Assembly (NCBI GenBank): GCA_964016885.1
Contig: OZ024743.1
Coordinates: forward strand, 115,816,001-115,880,000
Source: Eledone cirrhosa
Taxonomy: Eukaryota
DNA: 64,000 bases
Direction: 5' to 3'
The notes under the pieces were generated by a model. That model saw only the letters and a program-made list of their open reading frames with translations. It was not told the DNA's origin and searched no databases. The position numbers and the translations under genes were made by a program. This document shows positions 39,427-51,398 of the stretch, in pieces. Each line of letters starts with the position of its first letter. Position 1 is the stretch's first letter.

Positions 39427-41120
39427 GATCTCAGTGCCAGCCAGCAAATGCACTACCCAAAGAGCCGGGCAACTTTCCATGTACGTCAAATACCATGCGT
39501 AACGCAAGCATGTACTGCGAGATGAACAAATAAAAATTAATACACAATACCAAATTGCTTTTCCTATGGTTAATCAGGAAGCGCGTCCCTCGGGAAGGTG
39601 CCAACCTGAGATCGAAAAGTCCTCCTCTGGCACAAACTCTTCTTCAATTATTGACCTGTATGGTCACTTGATCGAGGATTACCCCAACTCGAGCCCTCCA
39701 GATCCACCACCCAAACCACCTCAAAAAGAAAAACCTAAAAGGATGAAATGGACCCGAGAAGAGTATAAAGAAGTAATATATGCATATTACTATGCATTAG
39801 GTAAGCCATCACAAGCCAGACACACTTTAAACTCCTACAAAATCTGGAAAACTCGGAATCAAGCTAGCAGACGTGATATGGATAGGAATAACTTAGCAAA
39901 TGTAAGGAGGTATATCTTCAGAAAACATAGACTCACAGACACGGAACAAACTGCGATCAAGCAGGCTGTGGAGAATAACATAAATATAAATGATGAAAGA
40001 ACTGAAGAATCTCCTGGAGATAGTAACCAGTCACAAGTCTTTACTGAAAGACATCCATCTGACCAAATCACAAATAAGTTTGTAGAAATGAGAAGCCCTA
40101 TTGAACCCGCTGAAAATAGCTAGGAGAGGGACTTAGAAACAGTAATTGAAAACCAAACATATGCTGAAGAACACAGGGAGACTATGAAGGAATTAAAGCA
40201 AAAAATACTGAATGAGCTTGCAGTAGTAAGACATTCTAGTATAAATGATAGAGAACCACTTCAAAAACTCCCAAATACAATCCAAAATAGAAAACAAATA
40301 ATGATAGGTAATTCTGTGACAAAAGAAATCATAGAAGAACTAGAACCTGATCTTACTGAGTTAAATGAAATCATTTATGCATCTGCTAGAGTAATTTAAA
40401 CAAGTTGTTTACCACCCAAAAAACAAAAAAGTCGAACCTTCGAGGTAAACCAATTTGGAGGAGTGGAATCGAAGGGGAGATTGACGTAATGAGAGGAGAA
40501 ATATCTGTATTGAGTGAGTTAACTGCTGGAAATGATATATGTTCCAAGAAGGTAAGAAAGCTAACGAGAAAATATGGACTGTCTTCTAGAGAAGCAATAG
40601 TTTCAACAAAAGAATCTCTGAAACAAAAAGTCCAAAGGCCCAACGAATTCGTAGATACGATAAGCGAAACAACTTCTACAAGCAAAATAAGTTGTTCTCA
40701 TCCAATTTTATAGTTAAGTAGGGAAGAAAAAATAATTATTGAAATCCATAGATTGAGGAACAACTATGGGTACATATAACAGTTGAACAGTTGCGTTTGG
40801 CTCTTAGAAAAACCAGCAAATGGAAGTCCCCAGGAAAAGACAAAATACCAAATTTCTGGATAAATTCCTTCACAGAGTCTCATGAGATGTTAGACCAACT
40901 TTACAATAAAATAGTTAAGGAGCCAGAAAAGATACCATCGTGGTTAGTTAACGACATTACATTCCTCCTTCCGAAGAATGATGAGACAAACAATCCCAAA
41001 AATTACAGAACGATAACTTGCTTGACCACAATGTATAAAATGTTAACATCAGTCCTAACTGAATATACATATGACCACCTGATAACAAATGACCTATTTC
41101 CCAATGAGCAGTAAGGGTGT
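39427..41120 (+). mobile_element. 5' part of a decayed R4/Dong-clade non-LTR element
   Basis: RMKWTREE..EVIYAYY, NLANVRRYI, KWKSPGKDKIPNFW and NPKNYRTITCLTTMYK; preceded by ataataataacaat; many stops. Confidence 0.85.
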
Positions 41121-41572
41121 TTATATTTCTGAAGTTGTTCTTGTAGATAATACAATTGTTAGTACTAATAGATTTATATAAAAATTCAGTTGTGTATTTC
41201 TCTTGAATGTGAGTACTATAAACTACAGTTCACTGTAATACATTTTGTGTAACATGACCCATTCAGTTTTTCACCTAGTCGTAGCCAAATTGAGAGATAA
41301 TGTCAGTGCAGTACTGCCAGGCCTAGCAAATAAATAAAATAAACTATATAATTATGCAGGGCAGCTGTGTGTCGAGAATATATATCAACAACAAAAACAA
41401 GTTAGTTTTATGACAGTAAATTAGTTTTGGGATATTTTCATGAAAACTGATGTGTTGTATCAACTATCCATATGTTTATAGCGCAAAGCGTCAGTTATTT
41501 TTTTTTATTCTGCAAGGTAACATAAATTCAGACTTTCTACAACATTTACCGTCAATTTACCTTTCTTGTGAA

Positions 41573-42215
41573 GGCAGTTGATAGGCAGAATTGGTAGAGC
41601 TTCGGAGAAAATAGATTGGTGTATTTAGTTATGACTTTCTACGTTCTGAATTCAAATTCCACCAAGTTTAACTTTGCCTGTCATCCTTTCTAGCTCGATA
41701 AATAAAAGTGCTATTCAAGTACTTGAGTTCATTTAAACCACTTTGGCCTTCCCTAAATGTCTTGCCTTCGTGCCTTAGTTAGAAAACAATATTACTTTTT
41801 CATCGTAGGGCGGTGGATTGGCATAAAAAGTTCTCGGCAGCAATGAGTTACTATATTACTACGTTCTGAATTCAGATTCACCCAAAGTCAACTTCACATT
41901 CAATCCTTCTGAAATAATGTACCAGTCATGTACTGGAGTTGATTTAATCAATTTTGTTCTACCCCTAAATTAGAAATCAATTTTATTTAAACGACAAATA
42001 TCATCCTGGTTACTGATTTCTATCTCAGATGACTTGTTTCGTTTGTAGTGTGAATCGTACAGAGAAACTATTGGGGCTCTTTGGGCAAACTAAACTAATT
42101 ATCATTTAGATAATGGTTAGCAAACTTCTTAGAACCTCGGTTAGCATATTTTGGATTAGTCGTTCAGAGTTCAAATTCACCGAGGTTACCTTTCATCCAG
42201 TACTGAAGTACATGC
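41573..42215 (+). mobile_element. Three old diverged SINE copies (41573-41792, 41808-41980, 42113-42215)
   Basis: Each has a cgttctgaattcaaattc-like B box plus a ctttcatcc / gtaccagt core. Confidence 0.75.
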
Positions 42216-42966
42216 TTATTCTTCTCCTTCTTCCACCAGGTTTTAAATTTTCCAGGTGTTACAGAAACATATATACACACATACAAGCATGCATACACAC
42301 ATCATATATACCTCGATATATAAACACATGCACACATATTCATAGAGACATATACAAACATAAATACATGCATACATACCTGCATGCATATAAATTACAT
42401 ACATGCATACATTTCTGTATACGTTTACACATATACGTTAAACAATAGTTTCTCACATGCAATAAGGCACATACATTTACCTAGTTGATGTTGTTTATGT
42501 CTCTAGGCTAGAAACCGGCTCTATTTCTGTCTCTCTTTCTCTCCATTGGTGAAAATTCATAAAACATTAAAACGATAACGTCCATACATAGATATGTACA
42601 TAATACATAGACACATACATACATACATACATACATACATACATACATACATACATACATACATACATACATAATCAACACGAAATACATGATTCACAAA
42701 AGAGATAGAGATGTAGGCAAAACACCTAGATGTGATAACAAGTGCAGACTCTGCATGCATGCAGACATGCAGACATATCTACCTAGTTGATGTTGTGTAA
42801 ATTCCAATAAGAGAGTCTTGTGCCTATGTTAGAAACCGACTCTCTCTCTATTGGCAACAATTTGTGAAATTATAAAACCAGAAGAACATACATCCATATA
42901 TATAATCTGATATAATACATTGTTTCCAATTAAGGTTTTTCTGTACTATTATTATTGTTAAATTAA

Positions 42967-43151
42967 CGGTGGATTGGCAGTATCGGTAGAAGGGCGGACG
43001 CCATACTTTGCAGCATAGAGTTATGGCCCTTTATGAACTGAGTTCAAATCCCGCTGAGATTAACTTTGCCTTTCATGCTTACGGGGTCGATAAAATAAAG
43101 TACAGGAGATGCACTGGGATAATTGCTGGCCTTGTGCCAAAAGTAGAAACA
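42967..43151 (+). mobile_element. SINE with 19-bp TSD
   Basis: TSD attattattgttaaattaa at 42948-42966 and 43152-43170; A and B boxes intact. Confidence 0.92.
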
Positions 43152-43618
43152 ATTATTATTGTTAAATTAAATTTCCTATATATTTTATTTAATTTTCATT
43201 TTGGTGGTGATGGAATATTAACTGGCCATATGTTAACTAAAAACAATGGCCTATAAAAAAAAATAATGTTATACAACATACGAGTATTGAAAACAAAATG
43301 TTGATGATATAGATTCATATATAGCCCTCTCCATTCCATTAATAAATTATGCAGCGAAATATGTTGAATGTAATGTAATTTTCTTTCAGCGAATTCTAGT
43401 GATTAAATATTGTTTTCCTTTGAGATGTCAAGACCTTTGTATATTATTATTTCCTTAATATATTATTATTAAATCCAAGTGTTCTACGAAAATATGCCTA
43501 CTAACTATCTACCGATATAAAATATGGAACGTAGTCCTTTCGTTTCTACATTTTATTATTATCAATTATTTCATATTAACACCTCTGCCAATTCGCTGAC
43601 TCGTAAACACGCATAGAC

Positions 43619-43619
43619 G

Positions 43620-43716
<97 letters not shown>

Positions 43717-43731
43717 ACACACACACACACA
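43619..43731. repeat. (CA)n microsatellite
   Basis: Direct reading. Confidence 0.95.
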
Positions 43732-44273
43732 CAAAGAAACACACGCATAAACACACACACATACACACATATATATGCGTGTGTGTAAGTATATACATAC
43801 AGTTTTATATGTATATGTATATGTACATAGAGCTACAAATTCTTCCATGTACAAGATTAAAAAAATTCAAAGGAGAGAGTTCGTAACGGAGATTAAATAT
43901 ACAACATAGATATTAATCACGCCGTATATACAAATGCATGAATGCTATAGAATTTAATTTCATAGATTCAATCAATCATAAGCGTTGTTTCGATGTAAGA
44001 AAATTATATAACTTTATAAATAATCTCTGTACATGCAGCATTCAAATAATGCTCTATAACAGTTAATACTACTTCATATCTTGTCACTTATGGCTACACA
44101 TAGCAATTTATTCCCACACTGCAAAAAAGAATGAGAAATAATGGAGTAGGTATGAGTGAGAAATAGAGAGATAAATCTTACAGCGCTGGCAAGTGTTTAC
44201 TTGTAACAATCCTTTGTTGAATAATCATAAATTCGATTAAGTGAGATAATTCCATCACAACCCCCCCCCCCCC

Positions 44274-44310
<37 letters not shown>

Positions 44311-44795
44311 GTAGATAAATCTACCAAGAGTTTACGGTAGTGTCCAATCCGTATGAAGAACTCAATGTATTCCGGATATCATGGAAAGAAGAGATGTAAT
44401 GAAAAATCACTTTCTAACACATATATATCCTAGAAACGATCGTTAAATAATGAACTTTTTTTGTTTAATATAAGGAATTGTTTATTCATTATTTGTTTAA
44501 TATTTTATCTTGACTCTGTATACCGTTTATCTTTCACCGAAAGTGATTTTTCATTACATCTCTTCTTTCCATGATATCCGGAATACATTGAGTTCTTCAT
44601 ACGGATTGGACACTACCGTAAACTCTTGGTAGATTTATCTACATAATTTTGCTCCTATTTTCACGGAAATATTCGTATTTTTGTACTGTATGTGTGTATT
44701 AATTTTATATTTATGTATATACATATATATGTATGATTTTATAAACCCATATACATTTAGTTGAGCTCTTTCAATTGTCCATCATCCATATCACA

Positions 44796-47237
44796 ATGGA
44801 AAAACAATATTTAGGAACCTCTTTAAAAAACATACCAATACCTTCTAAGGATGACTTCTTACTCCTTATGATTCAGAAAACTAATAATTTTATCAGAAGG
44901 GTTAGATGGAGAGCCTACCATTTCGATAGAAAATCTAAACAAGCAGATCGGAAATATATGTATGATTTCAATACTTACAAGAATCCACCACACAACTTTT
45001 TACTTGAAGACTTCGAGAAAGACCTTTTTAATTTAATTAAACACCTCAAATTTAAGAAGTATAAATCCGTCTTTCAAAAGGACCTTGATTCTACCCTATT
45101 GGACCTAAAAAAGTCTAAAAAAATCCATGTCCACTCGGACAAAACTGGTAACTTGTATCATATGGATATTGAACATTATAATGAGTTCATATATAAAGAA
45201 CTCAGAAAAAATTATAAAAAATCTAATAATGCGTCACTCACCAACATCAACAACAAAACACACAACATAGTAAAAAAACTAAACATTGAAGATAGAACTG
45301 AACCTTTGGCATTGAAAAGACCACACTTCAACCTGAAGGATCATAAATCAAATTTTAACTCAAATCCTTCTATTAGACTTATATGTCCCTCCAAATCAGA
45401 TATTGGAATAATTAGCAAAAAAATTTTGGATAGAGTCATCCCACAAATAAGAAAACACGTTATTTTACCACTCTGGGAAAACACCTCCCAGGTAATTAAC
45501 TGGTTTAAAAATATTAGATGTAAATCTTCTGCTTCATTTCTACAATTTGATATAGATAATTACTATTCTTCTATATCACCTATACTCCTGAACAAAGCAT
45601 TGATATTTGCTAAAAATAGATCTAACTTAACTTTGGATGACATTAATATTATTACACATGCTAGACTAACACTTATTGAATTTCAGAATGAATACTGGAC
45701 CAGAAACACATATAGTAATCTTTTTGATATTACTATGGGTTCAAGCGATTCCGCCCAAATTACTGATCTTGTGGGCCTCTTTCTCCTTTTCAACATAAAT
45801 GCCTCCTTTCCCCACCTCAAAGGTGGTTTATATCGTGATGACTGTCTTCTTCTTTCTAACAACCTTAGCCTTTCAGAAATTGAAAAAAACAAAAAACATA
45901 TTAGAACTTTCCTTAAAGACTATTATAATCTTAATATTACTTTTGAAAAAACAAGTAAAGTAGTAAATTTCCTAGATATAACTTTAGATTTAGCTACGGG
46001 TATCTACCAACCTTACCATAAACCAAACCAAAACTTACATTACATACACTCACAATCTAATCACCCTAAATCTATCCTTAAAAACCTTGCATATAATATA
46101 TCACTTAGATTTTCTAACCTTTCTTCTAACCAAGATGTATTTGATAAAAATGCGACCTTCTATAACGAAGCTCTAGATAGAAGTGGCCACAGAAATAGAT
46201 TAGAATATATACCTTCTACTAAAAATACTGAAAGCATACAACCTAATATTACCAACAAACACCAAATGAAAAGTACACACCTAAATGCCACCCACACTAT
46301 ACCCCAAAATACCAAATCTTCTAATATAAAGTATAGTAACTCTCAAAAAACTACTTATCATACAACTCTAATAAATATTAATAATAAAACTCCTAATAAA
46401 AAGGATAAAACACCTAAATCTACAAATATAACTAAAAATGGTTGTGGTGAGATCATTAACATTAATCCTCCTAGTAAAAATCACGATACAACCTATAAAA
46501 ATAATAAAAATAATAAACAACATAGAAACCGTAATAGACGGGTTACTTGGTATAATGCTCCATTTAATTTACAAATTAAGGATAATATTGCTAAAAAATT
46601 TTTTTATATCCTAGAGAAAAACTTCCCGCCAAACCACAAATACCATCAAATCTTAAATAGGTCTACAGTTAAATTCTCATACTCTACAACAAATAACATA
46701 AAACAAAATATAAGTGCCTATAATGCATATAAATGTAAGAAAACCATAAGTATACCACCAGTACATCAAATTAACCATAATATCTCCTCAAATACAGAAT
46801 TAACGAAAGGTTGTAACTGTAGAAACAAAGCAAACTGCCCATTAAAAGGGAATTGTCTTGTTAACAACATAGTCTATAAATGTAATGTTAAAACTAAAGA
46901 TTCTATTTGCTCATATATAGGAGCTACCTCTAACAATTTTAAGACGAGGTTTAATACCCACAAGCATAGTTTTAAAAATGCCGCACTGGCTAATACAACA
47001 TCTCTAGCAGAAAAAATCAATAGTTATAAAAATAAGAATATAGAATATGATTTGACCTGGAGTGTGCTCAAAAGAGCCACCCCTTATCAAAATAATAGAA
47101 ATGAATGTAGATTATGTTCCCAAGAACTATTTGAAATAATGAAATCTAAGGATATCCTATTAAATAAACGACAGGAATTAATTATATCGTGTAATCATAA
47201 ACTAAAAAAAACATTTAAATATTATAAACCTAATTAA
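44796..47237 (+). CDS. PLE reverse transcriptase + C-terminal GIY-YIG endonuclease (813 aa), Hydra-clade-like
   Basis: SDKTGN, KDHK, RLICP, QFDIDNYYSSI, ITMGS, YRDD and VNFLDITL (PLE RT); CNCRNKANC (CxCx5C), IVY...YIGAT, RFNTHK and C.LC..E (GIY-YIG). First ATG at 44796; no stops. Confidence 0.93.
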   Translation: MEKQYLGTSLKNIPIPSKDDFLLLMIQKTNNFIRRVRWRAYHFDRKSKQADRKYMYDFNTYKNPPHNFLLEDFEKDLFNLIKHLKFKKYKSVFQKDLDSTLLDLKKSKKIHVHSDKTGNLYHMDIEHYNEFIYKELRKNYKKSNNASLTNINNKTHNIVKKLNIEDRTEPLALKRPHFNLKDHKSNFNSNPSIRLICPSKSDIGIISKKILDRVIPQIRKHVILPLWENTSQVINWFKNIRCKSSASFLQFDIDNYYSSISPILLNKALIFAKNRSNLTLDDINIITHARLTLIEFQNEYWTRNTYSNLFDITMGSSDSAQITDLVGLFLLFNINASFPHLKGGLYRDDCLLLSNNLSLSEIEKNKKHIRTFLKDYYNLNITFEKTSKVVNFLDITLDLATGIYQPYHKPNQNLHYIHSQSNHPKSILKNLAYNISLRFSNLSSNQDVFDKNATFYNEALDRSGHRNRLEYIPSTKNTESIQPNITNKHQMKSTHLNATHTIPQNTKSSNIKYSNSQKTTYHTTLININNKTPNKKDKTPKSTNITKNGCGEIININPPSKNHDTTYKNNKNNKQHRNRNRRVTWYNAPFNLQIKDNIAKKFFYILEKNFPPNHKYHQILNRSTVKFSYSTTNNIKQNISAYNAYKCKKTISIPPVHQINHNISSNTELTKGCNCRNKANCPLKGNCLVNNIVYKCNVKTKDSICSYIGATSNNFKTRFNTHKHSFKNAALANTTSLAEKINSYKNKNIEYDLTWSVLKRATPYQNNRNECRLCSQELFEIMKSKDILLNKRQELIISCNHKLKKTFKYYKPN

Positions 47238-48567
47238 TAACATTATTTTAGAAATTAATTTAATTTAAATGTTAGTTAACCTATAAATTTAATTTAATTA
47301 AAATTCTATTACAGATGAGAATATAAAATATTATGTAATCATAAATTGTGAAAAACCTTTAAATATTACTAATATATACTTAGTAATTTAATTTATAGAT
47401 TAATTTTAATTTATTTAAACCTTTTATTATAATTCTTTTACAGATAAAATATAACAAAATATCGTGTATCCAATGACAGAGAAATAATTTTTAGTATTAT
47501 AGACCTAATTAATATACATTTTAGAAATATATTTATAATTTGGTTTTAATTTTAATCAACCTAAAAATTTAATTTAATTGGCTTAAAATTAATATCCTTA
47601 TACAGACGAATTGCAGAATGTCATCTAATCATAGAATGGGATGTGTTTTGGATTTATACCTAGTTAATATATTCTTTGCAATTTTTGAAAAAATATGTAT
47701 ATGTATATGTGTATGTGTATGTGTGTGCGTATGTATATGTGTATATATGTATATATATATGTATATATATGTATATATATATGTGTATGTATATGTATAT
47801 GTATATGTATTAATTTTGATTTCTATTTGCATATAATTATATTCTGCTATTGATAAAATACAATATCTGTTTTATTTATTATATACCTAATTAACATATA
47901 CTATAGAAATAAATATATAATTTTTAATTTAATTAACCTATATTTTATATTCTACTACCGATGTAATACTTTATTTGTTTTTTCCCTATTACTAAATTCA
48001 TTTCCTAATATTGATACCATAAAGTTATTAACTTTAATTTAGTTATACTATAATTAATACTCTACTACTATTTAACTTCAAAATTCTGCTTCAAATATTA
48101 TAAACCTAACTAATTTACACCTTAGAAATCAATATGTTAACTATCTTTAGTTTAGTTAACATATAATCAATGGTATACTTATTTATTTTGAAATGCATAA
48201 ATTTTGCCTTATTTCTTGTTTATTGTATTTCCTAACACTGATACTATGTAAAAACATACATTGGATCTAGATACGGATAATATTCTATGTTTCTTGAAAC
48301 ATATATTTACTATAATCCCCTTCTCCAACCCCCCCCCCCCCCCCCCCCCTTTCCCCCATACTATTATCATCTGTGTTTGTAAGCGTGTATGTATGAATAT
48401 ATATGTAGGTATGTGTATATATATTTGGGTATTTATATCTGAATATAAAAATACATATATGCGCATGCAAATAAGAATGTATGATTGTGTGTGTATATAT
48501 ATATGTGTGTATGTATGTGTATATGTGTATATATGCATGTGTATATGTATGTGTATGTGTATGTCTG

Positions 48568-48636
<69 letters not shown>

Positions 48637-48896
48637 GTGTGTGTATGTATGTATGTATATGTGTGTGTGTATATATATGTATGTCTCTCTATTTATATGT
48701 CTATCTTCGTATCTATGTGGATATATGTGTGTGTGTGCATGTATACACATATATGTGTTTATGTGTATATGTGTGTATGTATATATATGTGTGTGTGCAC
48801 ACACATATATATGTGAATGTGTATATGTGTGTGTGTGTATATGTATGTGTATATATATATGTATATATATCTATGTGTGTATATATGTCTATATTC

Positions 48897-48950
<54 letters not shown>

Positions 48951-49184
48951 GTATGTGTATATATATATATTATTTATTATTATAATATAACTTATGTGTA
49001 TGTGTATATGTGAGGGTGTGTATGTGTATATATATGTGTATATATATGTGTAAAAAAATATATATATGTGCATGTCTGTTTTTTATGTGTGTGTATATAT
49101 ATATATGTGTGTATATATATATATATGTGGGTGTTTGTATGTGTATTTATGGTTGTATGTGTGTGTGGGTATATGTATATAAGT

Positions 49185-49230
<46 letters not shown>

Positions 49231-49557
49231 ATATATATCTCTATTAATGCGTGTATATATGTATATGTATATGCCTTTTTCTTTGTATGTCTGAGTTGGG
49301 TGAGGGTGTAGTGGTGTTTCTATGTATATACGCATATATGGATGCGTTTGTATTTGTATATATGAGTATATGTAAGTGCGTATGTATGTATGATTATATA
49401 TCTAATTCTATGTATGAGTATATATGTGTGTATGTATGTTGTGTGTGTATGTATGTATATGTCTATGTGTGTATATATATATGTATGTATGTGTGTGTAT
49501 GTATCTATGTATATGTATGTATGTACATATATGTCTATGTATGTGTGTATGTATGTG

Positions 49558-49624
<67 letters not shown>

Positions 49625-49824
49625 TTATTTTTTTTATATATATGTGTGTGTGTGTATGTGTGTGTGTGTGTGTATATATATCTTTGTATATGTGTATGTG
49701 TATGTTCGTGTAGGTGTATGTGTGTGTATGACTATATATGTATGTGTATGTGTGTATGTGTGTTTATATATATATGTGTGTGTACATGTATGTATGTGTA
49801 TGTATGTGTATGTGTGTATGTGTG

Positions 49825-49893
<69 letters not shown>

Positions 49894-50186
49894 GTATATG
49901 TTTCTCTATATGTATATGTATATGTGTATGGGTATATACCTTTTTCTTTGTATGTCTGAGTTGTGTGAGAGTGTAGTGGTGTTTGTATGTATATACCGAT
50001 ATATAGATGCGTAAGTATTTGTCTGTATGTATGTATATATGTCTGTATGTATTTGTGTGTATATATAGGTATGTATGTGTATATCTGTATGTATATATGT
50101 ATGTAAGTGTATGTATATGTGTGTGTATGTGTGTATATATATGTGTGTCTATATAGTATGTGTGATTATATGTGTATGTATGAGTG

Positions 50187-50239
<53 letters not shown>

Positions 50240-50389
50240 GTGTATTTATATGTATGTGTGTATATGTATGTATGTGTGTATATGTATATGTTTATATATG
50301 TGTGTGTATGTATGTTCTAAGTGTGGATGTGTGTATATGTATGTATGTGTTTGTATATGTGTATGTATATATATGTGTGTGTGTGTGTG

Positions 50390-50445
<56 letters not shown>

Positions 50446-51084
50446 CTTGATATATTTCTTTTTTCTTTTTTCTTTTTTCTTTTTCTTTTCTTTCCTTTTT
50501 AATGTTTATTTATTATTTATTATTTTTTATTTTCTTAGTTTATAGATACATCTATATTAAGCAGTCAGCCCAAACCGTTGAATACTGACCTCTCCCCCCC
50601 CCCCTCCCACCTAATTTCTGTATCTTTATCTAAATGTGTGTGCCAGTGTTTATGTGAGTGAATTAATATCCATGTGCTTAGGATTTTATATCCACATATA
50701 TATATGTGAGTGGGGGTGTGTGTGTGTTTGTATGTTCGTAGTTTATGTGTATGTTTATGCATATACGCGCGTGTATGTGTGATTATACGGATATGTGTTA
50801 GTATGAAAATATGTGTATACACTTATTTCATATTTATGTATCTATACGCATCTTATCTGTGCATTATAAACTTACAGAGACATTAACCTTGAAATTTTGT
50901 ATTTGCATCCATCCTTTTTGTATGCGTATACAGGTTGTGCATACATTTTTGTAAAATATGTGTAAGGGTTGTTACATGTATATACACACACCGAACTGCA
51001 TTAAACCTTTTGTATTTTCATTGGTCAATTTTGTTCCCAAACGGACCTGAAAGTTTGAATTGTTGTTATTATCAATAAATATAT

Positions 51085-51238
51085 TTCATTATTTCTGAAG
51101 ACGGCGTATATATGTGTTGGTATGTATATTTAATCTTGATAGTTTGTATAATTTTGTATAATTTTGTACATAGATCTGTTGAATATGCATGCCAACTCTA
51201 ACACATATATATCCTAGAAACGATCGTTAAATAATGAA
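51085..51238 (+). ncRNA. Hammerhead-like ribozyme with a 115-nt stem II insert (copies at 26964-27110, 56004-56158 minus, 62510-62664)
   Basis: ttcattattt-CTGAAGA-[long hairpin]-GAAA-cgatcg-TT-aaataatgaa; 10-bp stem I, palindromic ACGATCGT stem III. Confidence 0.75.
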
Positions 51239-51283
51239 CTTTTTTTGTTTAATATAAGGAATTGTTTATTCATTATTTGTTTA

Positions 51284-51322
<39 letters not shown>

Positions 51323-51328
<6 letters not shown>

Positions 51329-51386
51329 TAACAACAGAGCAACGGTCAACTTACACCCCCCAGGCAACGCCGGGTACTTCTGCTAG
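51323..51386 (+). mobile_element. Isolated Helitron 3' terminus (hairpin + CTAG)
   Basis: ccaggcaacgccgggtacttctgCTAG|T; inverted near-copy of 51399-51460. Confidence 0.75.
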
Positions 51387-51398
51387 TATATATATATA

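Larger units (their letters stand above)
44308..51292 (+). mobile_element. Full-length Penelope-like element (family 1) in (TA)n: inverted partial pLTR, 5' pLTR, ORF, ~4 kb 3' region, 3' pLTR
   Basis: Perfect 104-bp IR at 44311-44414/44539-44642; direct repeat 44413-44508 = 51197-51292; intact ORF; HHR. Confidence 0.93.
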
